The notes beneath the pieces were generated by a model. The model saw only the letters and a program-made list of their open reading frames with translations, made no database searches and was not told the origin of the DNA. A stretch of 64,000 nt of DNA from Octopus vulgaris (Eukaryota), in the NCBI GenBank assembly GCA_951406725.2, contig OX597817.1, positions 169,694,001 to 169,758,000 of the forward strand, in the 5' to 3' direction. Position 1 is the first letter of the stretch. Each line of letters opens with the position of its first letter. The position numbers and the translations under genes were made by a program. Of this stretch, positions 63,165 to 64,000 are shown in pieces.

Positions 63165-63565
63165 TTTTACTTACTTACTTATTTCAGTTATTTGACTGCG
63201 GCCTTGCTGGGGCACCGCCTTTAGTCGAACAAATCGACCCCAGGACTTATCCTTTGTAAGCCCAGTACTTATTCTATCGGTCTCTTTTGCCGAACCGCTA
63301 AGTGACGGGGATGTAAGCACACCAGCATCGGTTGTCAAGCAATGCTAGGGGGACAAACACAGACACAAACACACACACACACATATATATATACATATAT
63401 ACAACAGACTTCTTTCAGTTTCCGTCTACCAAATCCACTCACAAGGCATTGGTCGGCCCGGGGCTATAGCAGAAGACACTTGCCCAAGATGCCACGCAGT
63501 GGGACTGAACCCGCAACCATGTGGTTGGTTAGCAAGCTACTTACCACAGAGCCACTCCTGCGCCT
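63165..63565 (-). mobile_element. SINE family B
   Basis: Reverse complement of the 32631 copy. Confidence 0.9.
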
Positions 63566-63709
63566 ATAATGACATTATTTATCAGTCATTAAAGCTTTAC
63601 AAGTTGAATCTACAGAGTCAAAGCTCACTGATAGTACAATTTCTATAGCAGTTGTCCTCATTTCTGTTTGAGTAACAGCTTGTCCATGTTACAAGTTAGG
63701 GTAATATAC

Positions 63710-63765
63710 CCATTTTACAATTAATAGAACAAGGTGACCCTATTACAGGTTGACAAAGTGTATCT
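63710..63765 (-). CDS. Candidate coding exon (ends phase 1: DTLCQPVIGSPCSINCKM)
   Basis: Acceptor cagcttttaatgtag, donor TGG|GTATAT. Its terminal G joins AT of the 61166 exon to make Asp. Confidence 0.4.
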
Positions 63766-64000
63766 CTACATTAAAAGCTGGCACAATTTATACAAAACTA
63801 AACTTAATCATAACCTTTTATTCTTTATGAATGTTACTTAGAAGATAAGATATAAAGGCATTAGATAATTAAAAAATGCATGATTTCTTACACTCCAATA
63901 TATTAGGAATATATTGCTCCCGACAAGCTGGCATTGCAGCAGAAATGTGATTAGTACTGTTATTATTGGTCTACTAATTATTGTAGCCCATTATCTGTTT

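Overview
AT-rich, repeat-dense animal genomic DNA. The SINE repertoire looks like Octopus (cephalopod), which is my recollection and not a database check. Almost all ORFs in the supplied track are artefacts of SINEs and microsatellites. What I can support: (1) many copies of about five tRNA-derived or retro-derived SINE families; (2) a 5'-truncated but uninterrupted R4/Dong-type RLE LINE inserted in (TAA)n, plus a near-identical second 3' end; (3) decayed RTE and CR1/L2 fragments; (4) a decayed pogo/Tigger element with TIRs and an apparent intron; (5) two non-autonomous Helitrons and hAT, piggyBac-like and mariner MITEs, several nested; (6) long foldback palindromes; (7) several Penelope-type minimal hammerhead-ribozyme motifs; (8) a chain of six short minus-strand exon candidates with compatible phases (63765 to 12532, plus one at 3033-2937) that splice into a ~240-aa Cys-rich peptide with many N-glycosylation sequons and no family I recognise. 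The window is probably mostly intron of this host gene. I found no prokaryote-type system (CRISPR, operon). The exon model, ribozymes and dsRNA hairpins were read by eye and need computational confirmation.
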